A DNA stretch of 63,671 nt, the filler included, from Octopus bimaculoides (lineage: Eukaryota): the NCBI RefSeq assembly GCF_001194135.2. It is 5 parts of 5 records of this genome, joined end to end, with 100 filler letters (N's around TTAATTAATTAA, not from the genome) between each part and the next. Parts side by side here need not be neighbours in the genome. Positions count along the whole stretch, not along the records: positions 1 to 14,667 come from NC_068981.1; positions 14,768 to 35,173 come from NC_068994.1; 3 more parts are not named here. One strand, 5' to 3'. A program made the position numbers and the translations under genes. The notes beneath the pieces were generated by a model. That model worked only from the letters and a program-made list of their open reading frames with translations. It was not told where the DNA came from and searched no databases. This document shows, one piece after another, positions 13,901 to 29,221 of the stretch (the stretch's first letter is position 1; each line of letters begins with the position of its first letter).

Positions 13901-14012
13901 ATGTAAAGGGGGATAACTCCATATTGTAATTCTATTTCAATATATTTTAATATTTCTTTATTCCGCCGAGATCGACTTTACTTTTTATCCATTTGGGTAC
14001 TGTGACTACCAG

Positions 14013-14013
<1 letters not shown>

Positions 14014-14083
<70 letters not shown>
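14014..14083. repeat. (GT)n microsatellite
   Basis: Pure dinucleotide run. Confidence 0.98.
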
Positions 14084-14084
<1 letters not shown>

Positions 14085-14615
14085 CGTCTGCCCCAAAATC
14101 GACCACCGCTACAAACAGATTTTTCAACCACTGTTTACTATATCAGTACAGGCTGGTTTTGTCTTAGCATGCAATTGCTAAAGGATGCTTGTTACTGAGA
14201 AAGCGCAAATAGACAAAAATACGTATTTAGCAGAGGTTCCAGCGTTGCTGGACGATTTATCTCTGCTACTGATAAATTTCTGCACTTTTAACACTGTACG
14301 CGTATAAGAGATGCTTTCTTGAGACTAATATCCAGTTTATCAGGCTTTAAGCAATATATATGCTAAGAGTATGATACACTGATTGCTCTCACTGTCTGTC
14401 TGTCTCTCCCTCTACCCCTCTCTCTTTCTCTTTTTTCTCCCCCTCTCTTTCTCTTTTTTCTCCCTCTCTCTTTCTCTCCCTCTCTCTCTCTCTCTGTATA
14501 TACACACACACACACATATATGTAGAGAGAGAGAGAGACATAGATAGATAAATAGATAGATACATTACAGTGACTCTCTTTTTACCTATACACACACACA
14601 CACACACACACACAT

Positions 14616-14667
<52 letters not shown>

Positions 14668-14711
14668 NNNNNNNNNNNNNNNNNNNNNNNNNNNNNNNNN
14701 NNNNNNNNNNN

Positions 14712-14723
14712 TTAATTAATTAA
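14712..14723. other. Artificial assembly spacer TTAATTAATTAA in a 100-bp N gap
   Basis: Identical palindromic 12-mer centred in 44N+12+44N gaps here and at 35218, 53833 and 62384; gives stop codons in all six frames. Confidence 0.95.
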
Positions 14724-15027
14724 NNNNNNNNNNNNNNNNNNNNNNNNNNNNNNNNNNNNNNNNNNNNAATCACATAAATAAATCGAATCACCAGTCATAA
14801 CATCATAACGTCAGATTCCCAGATTCTGTGGCTTATATATTCCCTTACTGGACGAGACATCCCGGGATGCCGAGTTTTCGTCAGCTGAATGAACTGGAGC
14901 AGTTGGTGAAATGAAGTGTTTCGTTAAAGAATACAGAACAAACCCCGGTGTAGCAATTGAAACCACAATCTTACGATCATCAGCGTAAGATCCTAACCAC
15001 TAAGCAACTAAGCGTGTAATAATCTCT

Positions 15028-15071
<44 letters not shown>

Positions 15072-15488
15072 TATGTGTATGTATGCGTATATATATTTAG
15101 TTATAGATTATGAAATTGGATGGGATTGACGCAATAACGTGCCCAAATAGAAGGAGCTCATCTATACAGCTGATTGAAAATATATATATTCCCTTTAACC
15201 ATCAGACGCACGGAGTACTCTCCTGAGCCATGATCTTGCTGGTTTACAAACGATAATGGGTGTATGTGGGTGGCAGTGATAGGGATTCCCAGAAGCGTTG
15301 TAGTGTCGGACGAAATGCCTTGAGGTAATTCTTTCAGTCTATTAAGTTCCGAGTTCAAATTTGCTTTGTTCTTTTGGAGTACTAGACAACTACTTGATTC
15401 AATACTATCAACTGAACGTTTTTCTCAAATTAGTGGTTCTGTGTCTAAATTTAAAGCAATATATATATATATATATAAAGATATATAT

Positions 15489-15490
<2 letters not shown>

Positions 15491-15574
<84 letters not shown>
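15491..15574. repeat. (GATA)n microsatellite
   Basis: Tetranucleotide run. Confidence 0.98.
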
Positions 15575-15817
15575 TCACTAATTCTGATCTGTTCAAAAAA
15601 TATCAAAGCGATTGCGCTGGATTTATACTCCTTCTGATGCATTTAATATAGAACGATGTAAGTTCTTTAATACACCAATCGGTTTTAAAACTTATTATTA
15701 AAGTTTAAGTCCGGATATATGTGGATATTGACGCGATGAAGGTTTGAATATATTGGGAAAAGTTTTATTTAAGAAAGTTGTGAAGCTCTAGATAACTTTT
15801 TCTTCTATTCTTTTATT

Positions 15818-16206
15818 CTTTTATTCTTTTACTTGTATCAGTCATTTGACTGCGGCCATGCTGGAGCACCGCCTTTAGTCGAGCAAATCGACCCCAGGAC
15901 TTATTCTTTGTAAGCCTAGTACTTATTCTATCGGTCTCTCTTAACGAACCGCTAAGTGACAGGGACGTAAACACACCACCATCGGTTGCCAAGCGATGTC
16001 GAGGGACAAACACAAGCACACAAACATATACATACATATATATATATACGACGGGCTTCTTTCAGTTTCCGTCTACCAAATCCACTCACAAGGCTTTGGT
16101 CAGCCCGAGGCTATAGTAGAAAACACTTGCCCAAGGTGCAACGCAGTGGGACTGAACCCAGAACCATGTGGTTGGTAAGCAAGCATTTTACCACACTGCC
16201 ACTCCT
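15818..16206 (-). mobile_element. SINE family A, full copy
   Basis: High identity to 3352-3738. Confidence 0.85.
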
Positions 16207-16259
16207 GCGAGAGATAATTTTGCTAGATATTTGCGAGAGATAATTTTGCTAGATATACT

Positions 16260-16520
16260 AATGTCTAAAAAGATTTATGTTTGAGGGAGGATAGATATTA
16301 AGGTCATCGCAGTTACATCGCGAAGTACTTTGCGTACACTCGCAGTAAGTTTTTCTTCTGCTTATATTGACTATAGAAGCAGCAAAATTTTTGATACGAG
16401 TGTAACTCACCTCGACGGTATTTCTCTTAAAAAGCTCATGAAATCTATGGTGTTCTGAGGGGAAAATATTCATTGATAAGAAAATTCAGTCAAGATAGAA
16501 AAGAATATTTAAACAAATGG
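16260..16520 (-). mobile_element. Penelope-like element remnant
   Basis: ELFKRNTVEVSYT..KN....I...CNC motif, typical of the RT to GIY-YIG linker. Confidence 0.65.
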
Positions 16521-19357
16521 GAGATTATACCATGTAATATTTCGTTTTCTATTTTCTTGTTTTGAATATTAGTGATGTTCTATATATTACTTATTCTGTC
16601 TTTGACTTGTATGGTTATAATAATTAGCAGCAAGGGTAAATAATTCTTCGTCAAAAAATAAATAGGATGTGCGCTTGCTAAGATTAAGTAAGTTTCTACA
16701 AATTATTAGAAATTTGGAATTTATATTAATATACAGTAATTTCACGTTGGATTTACTATAGAGTAGTATTTACCAGTACCTAAACCAAGAAAAGTATATA
16801 AGAAATCATATATACTTATAGGTATGTCTGTGTGTATCTTTCGTGTGTGTGTGTTCACGTGTGAGAGCATGAGTGCGCGTGCGTATGTATAACATATACG
16901 TATTAATTTTCTACAAATGTAATCATTTGTCTTTCAAGCATAAGCTGTTCACATAAAAAAAAAAGAAAAAGCTGAATTGCCAATATGAATAGCCACACCA
17001 CTGTCTGGCAATTCTTTTTTTTTTTTACAACTATAAGCTGTTAAAATCATTTAAATTCTTTGTGAATTATATAGCCAGCTGAATCTTTTTCCATATAAAC
17101 TTTAGTTATCGACTCGCAAACCTATTTATGTAATTCTATTTACTCACTTTACTTATGACTTATACAACAAGGATTTAATCTTCTGAATACATATATTTTA
17201 ATCATTATTTTTGTTTCATAACTTAATTGCAAATAATAATTAATGAAAAGTAATTTTAATTTAAGTGTGTTTATGTGTGCGTGCATGCTTGTGTATATGT
17301 GTTTGTATATAATCCTGTGTTTGTATGTGCGTGCGTGTGTGTATCTTTGCGTGTATATGTGTATATATGTGTGTATGCGTGAAAGCGTGTGCGTGTATGT
17401 GTGTGTGCGCGCGCGTAGTGTACACCAGCACCTGCGTGCGTGAAACGTTTCTTTTAATATAAACTACATTTTTAGTAGAACTTTAGTTTAGAAAACTTTC
17501 TTTCAAAACACTGATTATAATATAATAATTGTATGTGACTAAAATATAGTCGGAAAACCAAATGACTTGAACATATCCCAGTTTAGAGAAATATAGACAA
17601 ATCACAGGATAAATATTCGTATTTCTTAACATTAGATATCTGCCAACTTAACCCTATAAAATATATGAAATTATTGTAATTTATTTCGTTCCTTAACTTG
17701 TTCAAAACTTTGGTGTATGCTCTAATTGGTCAACCTGACGAAAGTCAAGTATTTTGAAAATTATTTTCATTAGACGACTGCATACATGTGTAGCAATAGT
17801 GAAACATAATGTAACTATAATAGGGAATTATTAAGTTTTTCTTTGCTCGTAATCTTCTGTAAATATGAAGCCACTAACATCTTACGCAATATTCGATATA
17901 GCATTAATTGTTTTTTTTTTTGCTTTTGTCTTTTTTTTTGCGCCTTACAAAAGTATGTCACGTGTCTACTACTCTATTTTTGTGTTTATGAAAGTTAAAG
18001 ATAAGTAGTATTAAACGTCTGTGACGGAATAGGAACTGGCTTTTTAAGTCGATTCATTGCTATCTTCAGTAAAGAACAGTCGGACAAATGTTTTTAATTT
18101 ACTTATTAAATAATCAGTTTAGTGAAATAGTTTCTCATCTGTGTTCTTTTAATGCCTGATTATTGCTACTGTTGGTGGTGATGACAGTGGGGGGGGGGGG
18201 TGTTGCTGCTGCTGCTGTTGCTACTGCTTCTGATGGTGATGATACTATACTGGTGCTAGTGATGACTGAGCTGTAAGTGTTTATGATAGTGGTGCAACAT
18301 TAGTGATGCTGTGGTGGTGAAGTTGGAGTTGGTGATAGCAGTGATAGTGGTGGTGGTATTGATGAAATGTGTATTAAAGGTGGCGATGTTGACGCCGATT
18401 TAATTTTTGTGAGATAAATGATCTAACTACAATGTAGCTAATCTGTGATGTGACGTAAGGTAATTATCAAATTATTCTTCATGATTTCGAACAACACAGG
18501 ATGTAGCCTTTCTCTCTGTATTGTCTGATATTCCCCTATCTATATCGTCTAAGCGTGTTACCATCGGCATAACAGAGCTTTCAGTCATCCAACCAGCTTG
18601 TAACCATTTTATTAAAGATATCATTTTATTAAAGATATCATGCCTCTCCTTGAGATGTTTGTTCTACGTTTAATATTACCATTTATAAAGATGTCGTTAG
18701 CATTATTACTAAAATCAACCGAATTGACGTATGAAATCAATGTAACTAATATTGTAATTTAACAGTAATATCTTACAGTCTAAACATAATCTATAATTGT
18801 GAGACAATGATCCAGTCTCAAGTGGATTTATTCATTTTGAGTCATTACAAGCCAAAATGCACAATAAATTGTTTAAAGAAATGAAATTTGGGTTAATTAT
18901 GATGACATATTTCCAACTAATTAAATTTCAATTATAGTGTTTAAGTGAAAAGTGATAGTTAGTTTTTTAAAAAATTTACTTGCCTTAATCCACCTATGCT
19001 AATTGATATGTAATTAGTAATGAACACAGGATTTTCTGAAATTCCTCGATAATACGGTGTTCCAACCATCTGTATATACATCTCTCGGTCGGTTAAATTT
19101 ATAGAAAATGATGCTAAACGTTGACTCTATAAGAAACTTTTGTCTGCAAGAAACATCAATTCATTTATCTGTTAAGTTACCCACTTCAATACATATTAAA
19201 TTACATATGTAATATATACATATATAAATTTACAACATACTTGCAAACATTCACATACACGCACGCACACACACACATAGACTTACATACACAAATATAA
19301 CCTATATTCTATTAAAAAGTGTATATTGAGATTATTTACACACATACACACATTCAC

Positions 19358-19428
<71 letters not shown>
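19358..19428. repeat. (GATA)n microsatellite
   Basis: Tetranucleotide run. Confidence 0.98.
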
Positions 19429-19479
19429 CAGACAGACATATATGATGTTTTTGCTCGTTTTTATATAAAAGTATATAAG

Positions 19480-20500
19480 TGAAGCGTGTACAAAATTTAT
19501 AATCTTTTTCAAAATCGTTTTTTTCACTTTTACTGACATTGAAAAAGAGATTTCATGTCAAAAGACTAAAGATCCATCCTTTTGGGGGTGATTATTTTGT
19601 AAGCTTTAAATCTCTTTATTGTCAGAAATATTTATAATAATGGCTGCAATTTGTGCCATAAAACTTGAATCTTTCCAAGTAAAGATTAATTTTCTCTTGA
19701 AAATTGTTAGATTTAGTTTCATTTCTTGTTTTACTGCAACTTTAAACTTTACGACAGACTCAGTTTTTGAACTGGCTGAAAAAAAAATAGAATCTCAATT
19801 TCCTGATCATGTACAAACGTGTGATTATGAACAGACACGTTATCAGGATCACATTTTATTACCAATCTGTCATGTAAGGGAAGAATGTGAATTTTTAATA
19901 TTGCTTCATTGTAAATTTTCTCAGTTCAAGGAATGAAAGGTCAAACATATTGACCGTTTAGTAATCTCAAAACCAATATGGCACCTTCTCAAAGATCTTC
20001 CCTGATTTCTTCAGTTGATTTTTTTCAACTATCTAGTTGAATACAACCATTCCCCCCACCTCTATTTTTCAATGTATTGTTCATGAAATCGCTACTCTTT
20101 CTTTTCAATGGCACATCAGGCTTTCAACACCAGCTCCACTACAATTTCTAAATTCTTTCAGGAAACTTCTAAAGATGTACCTTTATATATTACTTCCACG
20201 TCTAGTAATGAAATACTTCAATGGGGAAACTATAGACTGCCTGCTCTGAGTAGAGGCTAGTAATAAGAATCTTCATTCTTATCTCTAGAAAAACAGATTG
20301 CTCTTTTTTAACCGGAATCCGCTTTTCAAACACCATCCCTCTTTCTTGCTTTTGGCGGACTGCTCTGTGTGTAGGGATTAATGGAGTGACGACTTTTCTT
20401 TCAGTTCCTTCTTAATAATCCTGTAGCTACGACATTCATTATGAAATAAAACAAATCCTTCTCTTCTTGAAAAATTAACAGAGTTCGGCCTTTTTCAAAG
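19480..20500 (-). mobile_element. Possible Penelope-like RT remnant (N-terminal part)
   Basis: SFDMKSLF motif (compare SFDVxSLFTNV) near 19540; the rest is degenerate and the extent is a guess. Confidence 0.45.
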
Positions 20501-23291
20501 TGACGGCGACCAAAATGAAAACTTTGTGTTAGTTAATTACATCAAAAGATGGCAATGCATAATATCAAACTTAAATGAAAAAGAAGTATACTTAAGATTC
20601 ATAAACAAAAAATGGAAATGCAAAGCAGAACATGAAGATGAACGATCAATATATGAATTAGGAAATACATTCTGAAACGAAACCCTTTTACAAATTAAGA
20701 CACACACACACACACACACACACACACANNNNNNNNNNNNNNNNNNNNNNNNNNNNNNNNNNNNNNNNNNNNNNNNNNNNNNNNNNNNNNNNNNNNNNNN
20801 NNNNNNNNNNNNNNNNNNNNNNNNNNNNNNNNNNNNNNNNNNNNNNNNNNNNNNNNNNNNNNNNNNNNNNNNNNNNNNNNNNNNNNNNNNNNNNNNNNNN
20901 NNNNNNNNNNNNNNNNNNNNNNNNNNNNNNNNNNNNNNNNNNNNNNNNNNNNNNNNNNNNNNNNNNNNNNNNNNNNNNNNNNNNNNNNNNNNNNNNNNNN
21001 NNNNNNNNNNNNNNNNNNNNNNNNNNNNNNNNNNNNNNNNNNNNNNNNNNNNNNNNNNCATTTCTGCTTGGAATATAGAACGCTACAGTTTTTTTCATCG
21101 TCTGGAATCGAATTATCTATACGCACATACATATATACATAGATACACACATGCACAAATATATACATGCATGTGTGTGTGTGTGTGTGTGCATATGTGT
21201 GTGTGTGTGTGTGTGTGTGTGAGTGTGTGTGTGTGCTTGTATGTGGATATGAGAATTTATACATGCTTATTTAGGTGGAAGGTAGGTAGAGCGTAGAAAA
21301 ACTTATGTAGAATTTCGAGCCACATCTCACTGGGTTCGGAATTCAAATCCTCGTCAAACTGATTTAGCTTACCAAATTCCAAGGTCAGTAAATAAAATTT
21401 TAAAAACCCATGTAACGTCTAATCAGTTATATGCCTTAACACAGTGTCTCAGTCTGATAACTAAAACCCTATAGAACAGAAAAACAATATATAAAACAAT
21501 GGCAAACTTATGGATATAGATGAGTGTATATATTGAAGAAAATGTGTCTAACATATGAATAACTTAGATTCCTTACACTTCTGCTGCATAATTGTACCCA
21601 GTAATTATACGCCTTCTTTGACAAAGCATAAGCAAATAATACATATGTGTGTGTGTGTGCGTGTATGTATATGTATGTATATGTATATATATATATACAT
21701 ACATATTTCTATAAATATATACATATATACTCACATATTTACCTATGTACACAGACACACATACGTACACACACATATATATATATATATATTAATTTTA
21801 ATTGAATCATTAATTAACGCATTAATATAGCATTACGACATTTACATTAAAGAAAGTGAAACGTGCTAATACAAACAGACCCCTATAAGTTTTTTATAAG
21901 CATATTTCGCTTTGTTTAAAAATGCATGTAAATGTGTGTGTGCGTGTGTGTATGTGTGTATGTGTGTGCGTGCGTGCGTGTGTGTACGTGCATGAGTGTG
22001 TAAAATATTTATATACATAGATATTTATATATATNNNNNNNNNNNNNNNNNNNNNNNNNNNNNNNNNNNNNNNNNNNNNNNNNNNNNNNNNNNNNNNNNN
22101 NNNNNNNNNNNNNNNNNNNNNNNNNNNNNNNNNNNNNNNNNNNNNNNNNNNNNNNNNNNNNNNNNNNNNNNNNNNNNNNNNNNNNNNNNNNNNNNNNNNN
22201 NNNNNNNNNNNNNNNNNNNNNNNNNNNNNNNNNNNNNNNNNNNNNNNNNNNNNNNNNNNNNNNNNNNNNNNNNNNNNNNNNNNNNNNNNNNNNNNNNNNN
22301 NNNNNNNNNNNNNNNNNNNNNNNNNNNNNNNNNNNNNNNNNNNNNNNNNNNNNNNNNNNNNNNNNNNNNNNNNNNNNNNNNNNNNNNNNNNNNNNNNNNN
22401 NNNNNNNNNNNNNNNNNNNNNNNNNNNNNNNNNNNNNNNNNNNNNNNNNNNNNNNNNNNNNNNNNNNNNNNNNNNNNNNNNNNNNNNNNNNNNNNNNNNN
22501 NNNNNNNNNNNNNNNNNNNNNNNNNNNNNNNNNNNNNNNNNNNNNNNNNNNNNNNATATATACACGCACTTGCTTATCTAATTAGAGATTAAAAGTGATT
22601 AGTTCGCTAATTAGATTGCGTCGTGCACATAAACAAGGACAGCTTTGCAATAAAGTTCTTGCGATATTACAATAGGGCCTTCTCTCACATTGTCATTGAT
22701 GTTGTTACTATCTCTATCAATGATTTTCGTGTTAACAATATATATGATTGTTGTTGATGGTGTTGCTGCTGCTGCTGCGACTGTACCTGCTGGTGCTGCT
22801 GATGCTGCTGTTGTTGTTGTTGCTTTTTATGATGTTGTCTATTGTTGCTGTTGTTGTTCAGCCATGGGTTATCCAAAGATCAGAAGAAATCTGTCTTCGA
22901 CCATCGTTTCTTGACAGGCATATCGCAAAGTGTAGTCAAGTCTGCTGCAAACCACGCTAACCTGTCATAAAAATAAAGTGGGAACTGTACTCCTAATGAC
23001 ACACCACGAAAAGATTAGATGAGCATGGCCTTTGGTATTAAGGTCTACTCAAGCAGGACTCTCTATCTGCAGCAGCCACAAAAGAAATATAATGCTACGC
23101 TCACTTCACTCTCCAGCAGAGAATATAGTTGTTGGTCCCACATAAAAACTAATACGTTAATCTGTACAACATTCACTACTGTTATAGCTATTTTTGAAAC
23201 TACAGTCGCCACTGCTATCCGTTGTAGTACAACCACTATCACGTACAATACAACCACAGAGCCACAACTGTTACCACAATTATTCATTTAT

Positions 23292-23508
23292 TCTTTTATC
23301 TGTTTCAGTCATTCGATTGCGACCATGTTGGAGCACTGCCTTTAGTCGAATAAATCGACCCCAAGACTTATTCTTTGTAAGCGTAGTACTTATTTTATCG
23401 GTCTGTTTTGCCGAACCGCTAAGTTACGGGACGTAAACACGAACACACACATATATACATATATACATACATACATACATACACACACACGCGCGCATAT
23501 ATACATAT

Positions 23509-23558
<50 letters not shown>

Positions 23559-23713
23559 GACGGTCTCTTTTCAATTTTTGTCTACCAAATCTACCCACAA
23601 GGCTTTGGTCGGCCCGAGGCTACAGTAAAAGATACTTGCCCAAGGTGCCACGCAGTGGGACTGAATCTGCAACCATGTGGTTGGTAAGCAAGCTACTTAC
23701 CACACAGCCACTC
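23292..23713 (-). mobile_element. SINE family A, full copy with internal (TA)n expansion
   Basis: High identity to 3352-3738. Confidence 0.85.
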
Positions 23714-26339
23714 CACACAAAATCCTAAAAACATAGTCTCTCTCCCTCTCAGTCGGGACAAACATATTCAGCTGCCTCACTGGGCTTTTATACAATAAGC
23801 AAAAAATAAATGCTAGCCCCGCTAGATCCTACGGGCGTGCAGGAATAGACTTGACAGAAGGTTACGTGCAATAAGTCAAAACTGTCACACAGGATACAAT
23901 GTGATTTAGTACTACATGTTGAAGTCAGCAGTATGTCCCTCTGCTAGTTGTAGACATGGTATAACTGAGAAGGGCGATCTGTGCATCGCACCGTGTTGTT
24001 CTCGAGTACTCAGGTTGTCGGCCTGCGGCAACACAGTTGCAGTATCAATGACCACAGCTATTAGTACAAGCACCCACACTATCATCACAGTCACTATTAC
24101 CGTCACTAATACCTCAGCCATAGTCGTCACAATCATAGTCACCACTACTATTATCTACATAAAAACCCAGTCACTATCACCAGTGCTGCTATTACTTTGA
24201 CCACCACCATTACCATTACTAACAACTAGGCAACAACGAACCAACGAAACTATGTGAAGTTGCTCGGGTTGCTAGAAATAGCAGTCAAATTTCCCTTAAA
24301 TTACACTCCACCGTCTGAGAAAAAGGTGTGTTCGATAATATATTCCTGGGTTCCCTAGATATATAAAAATGATGAGATATTCACTGCTGGAATTCCTTTG
24401 GTTTTAGCTCTACTTATCAGGCTTGAACTTGGAGCAAAAATACCAATCACATTATAATTACAGACACTTTTTTATCAACATTAATTACCAACGCTAACAA
24501 CCATATTCATCCATATTCATCTGCACCACAGTTACAACCATATTCATCTGCACCACAGTTATTATCATACTCACAATAGCCACAATGACCAATACTGTAA
24601 AAACCAGCAGCATCATCTATCTCAAATCTCATTGTAACTACCTTTTTCACCAGCAAACACTATTGCTTTCACCATCATCACCACTACCACCACCACCACC
24701 ACCACCACCACCATCATCATCATCATTCTCCTCCTCCTCCACCTCCTATTTCTCATCATCGTCAATCCCCACCTCGCCTCACCACATTCATTTCCATAAC
24801 CAAAACTCTACACCTAATTCCAAAAGCAAATAAAGACATCCATTTACTAATTATTTTATTACTAAGCTAGATTATATATTCAAACTAAAATACACGTATA
24901 CATGCATGCACAAACATATATATATTCCACACAACATCATATACACATATTTACATATATAATACAGACATATACTCAAACTTGTATGAAAAGTTATACA
25001 ATTATTATCCAATATAAGTACATGTAGAACCGGTTATGACGATGAGTAATTCTAGTTGTTCGATCAGCTGACCCACCAACTCATTCAATTAGCATATAAG
25101 CAGCTGAGAATGTCAAAGACATGTGTACCCTTATCGTAATACCTAGGCAGAACCAGCAACACAGTGTGTGGTAAGACTGGCTCTTTAGATTATAGATTTT
25201 GCCCATCCGGCAGGCATCCACACCAGCTCCCATTTACGCAGTTTCACTACAAGGCTTGGACTGATCAAAGCTACCGTAAAAATGGATTTTAAAAAAGTGG
25301 AAATTAAACCTAGGAAGTCATGATTGTTAGGCAAACTTTTTAACTACATTGCCTCACACACACACACTCTCGCATAGAGAGAGAGGGGGGGAGGGAGAGA
25401 GAAAGAGAGAGAGAAGACAAATAAAAAGAAAGACAGAAACAAAGAAAGAGAGAGAGAGAGAGAGAGGGATCTACGCAAGTGCACATAACACCCGCATAAA
25501 ATTATGCACGCTTACGCATATATATTATCATCACTCTTATACATATACACAATTAAATATATCCAAATTCACATGTATACATTTGTATGTGTGTGCATGT
25601 CTTGACCCAAATCCCATACACTTTCACATGTAAATATACATTCATGCACACACAAGAATTTTACACGATCATTTATTCACTAGTACATGCTTTATATTAA
25701 CACATGCACATTAACCATGTAAAAGTAATGCGCTTACTCAAATGTACGAAATACAATCGGACACACGCATGCACACATAACACGCAAATACACCCTGTTC
25801 TTTAGAAAATAAACAGATCTCTAAATTTCTCTGTAAGAATTAATCTTAATTTTACCGATTTCTTGACAACCGGAGGAAAAAATGGCGCCCAACTTTGGAT
25901 TTTTGCACAGCTGATTAGACTAAAGTTTGTCAGGTGCACCACATGGTGGTAATAGAATAGCAGTAGTGTCAAGAACGACAACTATGTATAATGATTCTGT
26001 TCAATGTTAGTAGGAGGTCAAGTGAAATGTGACCTTTTTTTTTTTTTTTTTGCTTTCATTTTATTTCTAAATTATAATTTGGTATGATAAAGAGAAAAAT
26101 ACAAATTCTAGTAAGTTTATTGACCAATCGACTACTATCAATGTAATATCTCTCATCCGATAATATAAGTCTTGCATACTATTCGTGACTGTCTAAAAGA
26201 TCATGTATTAATCTTTCAGTATTGTTGACGTCAATGATCAATATGCCTCGGTGTATCGTATCTGAGATCAAATCTTTCCAGGACCTACTTTATTTTACAT
26301 AATCCTTTCTAATAAAGGCGCAAACGCTTGAAAGTTTGT

Positions 26340-26690
26340 GGACGAGGCCTAGTTTCAAATGGCCCTTATTTTATCGAACCGAAAGGATGGAAGGTAAAGT
26401 CAAGTTTGGCGCTATTTGAACTCGAACGTAAAGACCCGGAAGAAATGCCGCTAAGCATTTTCTCCGGCGTGCTAACCATTTCCTACTATGGGCACAAGGC
26501 CTGAAATTTAGGGGGAGAGATCTGGTCGATTACATCAATTACAGTGCTCAACTAGTACTTATTTCATCGACCCCGAAAGGATTAAACCAAAATCAAACTC
26601 TTTGGTATTTAAACTCAGAACGTAAAGACAGAAGAAAAGCTAGTACGCATTTTGTCCGGCGTACTGACTATCCTGCCAGCTCTCTACATT
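26340..26690 (-). mobile_element. Two partial tRNA-derived SINEs (family B)
   Basis: Reverse complement of the GGCGGCGAGCTGGCAGAA...GTCGACTTTGCCTTTCATCCTTTCGGGGTCGATAAA family. Confidence 0.7.
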
Positions 26691-27720
26691 ATTTCACACA
26701 ATAAATATGTTATTATTTCACATAATAATAAATGTATCTTTGAACCATTTATCAATGGGCACTATCTTTTTCCAAACTATTCTATCTCAGATCACTCTAT
26801 AATGGGGTCTTAAAATGTTTACCTCTCACCAGTTAAACAGCAACGTAAGATTCCTCATAGAAGTACTGTTACATATAAATCCACTTTGAATTTTTTGTGA
26901 ATCTCATCTGTACACGAAAGGATTGTCATAAAATTGAAGAAAGGAATAAGCAAAAATAAGAGACTATCAGGAGAGAGGTACTTGCAAATACGATGACTCC
27001 AATCGATTTAATTTTACTGTTCTCTACCAGAAGTGCATTTAAACAATATATATTTCAAATGAAAGAAAACTAAAAGGATATTTCCTGGTGTTAGCAGATC
27101 AAAATTGCATAAATCACTGCTCCAGTTATTGATTCTGTTCTACCTCATATTTAGAGTGAAAGTAAAGATTCTTCGGTCATACACCTAGTAATTTTAAGAT
27201 ATGACTCAGTCGATTGAGTATAAGCTTAACAGATTATCTCAGAACCACCGTGAATCAAGGTATGGCCGGGAGTTTTCCTTCGTTACTTTCAGACCTCCCC
27301 ATTGTGCAGATATACTACGATTATAATAGCTAAATAATATGTTGGCTAAAGAGACTCCAAAACACTTTTTCTCGTCTTAGTTAACGAGAAAATATCGTAT
27401 AGTTACAGACTGTGAAAGAACAGGTAAGAGCAATTTAAATTGTTGACTTGAAAAGTTAAAGTGCACACGTACTGTCGAAAGCGGTTAGTGAATTCTTCTT
27501 CCTAGTAACGAAGAATTAAAATTTAAACCTACACATTAAGAATTAATTTAAAAGTTTATTTTACTTTGCTTTAATTTTAACTTTTAAATTTTAATCCTTA
27601 ACCTATATAATGGTTTAATTTATTAAAATTCTTTTTAGTTTAATTTAAAATTATATTCGGCATTTAATTTAATTTTATTTGGTTTTAAATAACTCTACTT
27701 GATTTGATTTTACCTCACAT

Positions 27721-27905
27721 AAAGGCGGCGAGCTGGCGGATTCGTTAGCACGCCGAACGAAATGCTTAGCGGTATTTCGTCTGCCATTACGTTCTAAATT
27801 CAAATTCTGAAGAGATCGACTTTGCCTTTCATCTTTTCGGGGTTGATAAAATTAGTACCAGTTACGCACTGGAGTTGATGTAATTGACTTAATCTCTTCC
27901 GCTAA
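27721..27905 (+). mobile_element. tRNA-derived SINE family B (Nin/Deu-like central domain)
   Basis: Matches copies at about 30050, 31092, 37030, 54916, 58845 and 59925. Confidence 0.8.
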
Positions 27906-28333
27906 ATTTGAGACTTTGTGCTTCCAGTAGAAAGAATTTTAACTTCACATTTCCCACCCACCCCTCTCTCTCTCTCTCTCTATTTAATATCCAAAGCTCT
28001 CGCAAATTTCTGATCTTTCATTCATTTTTCTATACAATACGCCCACTATTCGCGATAGTTATAAATGACCAAATATTAAAGATTCAAACTGACCACGTGT
28101 GTATCAAATTTCAACACAATATTTGGCAACAATACAAATATTTTCGTGTGTGATGACCCAGTAGCAAGTACTAATATTTTTATGACTGTCCTTTCCTTAA
28201 TTTCGGCCATCCTCTTCATTATTATTCACACACACATATATATATNNNNNNNNNNAAAACGATGACCACTAAAGTGGACATTTAATGTGCTAGAAGAAGA
28301 TCCCATGTTGTGTCTACTAAGTCCTAATAGTTC

Positions 28334-29069
28334 TCAAAAGAAATTCAGGTCGGGAAAATAAGTGGATGAGGAATTTTTTCCCAACCAAGCTCTTCGATCT
28401 TCTGTGATGTGATCTTTGCAGTGTGGGGTCGCGCATTGTTCTGAGGAAACATCACTCCTTTTCGATTCACTAAAGCGGGCATTTTTTTTCTTCAAAGCTT
28501 GGTTCAAACGCTCTAATTGCTGACAGTAGACTTGAGCATTGATTGTTGCATTAGGTGGTAACAATTCAAAGTGAATTACTCCTTTGCAATCCCACCAGAT
28601 AGAGAGAAGAACCTTTTTCCCATGAAGTTCCCTTCTCGGTTGTGGTTGAGATTTTTCCCTTTTACTAGGCCACTGTTTATGAAGTTTAACATTTCGATAG
28701 AAGATCCATTTTTCGTCACCAGTCACAAGTCTATCCAAAAAGGGTGAAATGTGTTCGCGAGAATGGAGAGTAGAGCAGATGACAACTCGGGATTTGCGGT
28801 TGCTTTCGGATAATTCACGAGGCATCCATTTTCCAAGTTTAGGAACCTTTCCAAGTCGTTGAAGAGGACGATGAACAGTTGTATGGTTTGAACTAAGCTT
28901 TATTGCCAATTCTTCAACTGATAATGCAGGATTTTCTTCAAGTAATACCTCAAGGAGCTTATCATCAAACTCAATTGGACGTCCTGTTCGATCTTCATCT
29001 TCAAAGCTGAAATTTCCATTTCTGAATTTTGCACACCATCTTCTGCAAGTTCTTTCATTCAAGCATTCT
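28334..29069 (-). mobile_element. Mariner transposase pseudogene
   Basis: 242-aa ORF with W..KFRNG.F..ED..R.GRP, LVTGDEKW, KKVLLSIWWD.KGV; frameshift near a T-run; ends at Y.PDL; 5' end lost in an N gap. Confidence 0.93.
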
Positions 29070-29174
29070 NNNNNNNNNNNNNNNNNNNNNNNNNNNNNNN
29101 NNNNNNNNNNNNNNNNNNNNNNNNNNNNNNNNNNNNNNNNNNNNNNNNNNNNNNNNNNNNNNNNNNNNNGCGTT

Positions 29175-29221
<47 letters not shown>

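Noticed and set aside
16955-17026. A-run / 9-bp stem-loop / T-run resembling an intrinsic terminator
   Set aside because: Eukaryotic context, short stem, and mononucleotide runs are common here.
25883-25893. TGGCGCCCAAC resembling an LTR primer-binding site
   Set aside because: Only 11 nt, with no LTR or gag next to it.
26219-26265. IVDVNDQY, resembling the cadherin DxND motif
   Set aside because: The frame is bounded by stops after about 17 codons and shows no other cadherin motifs.
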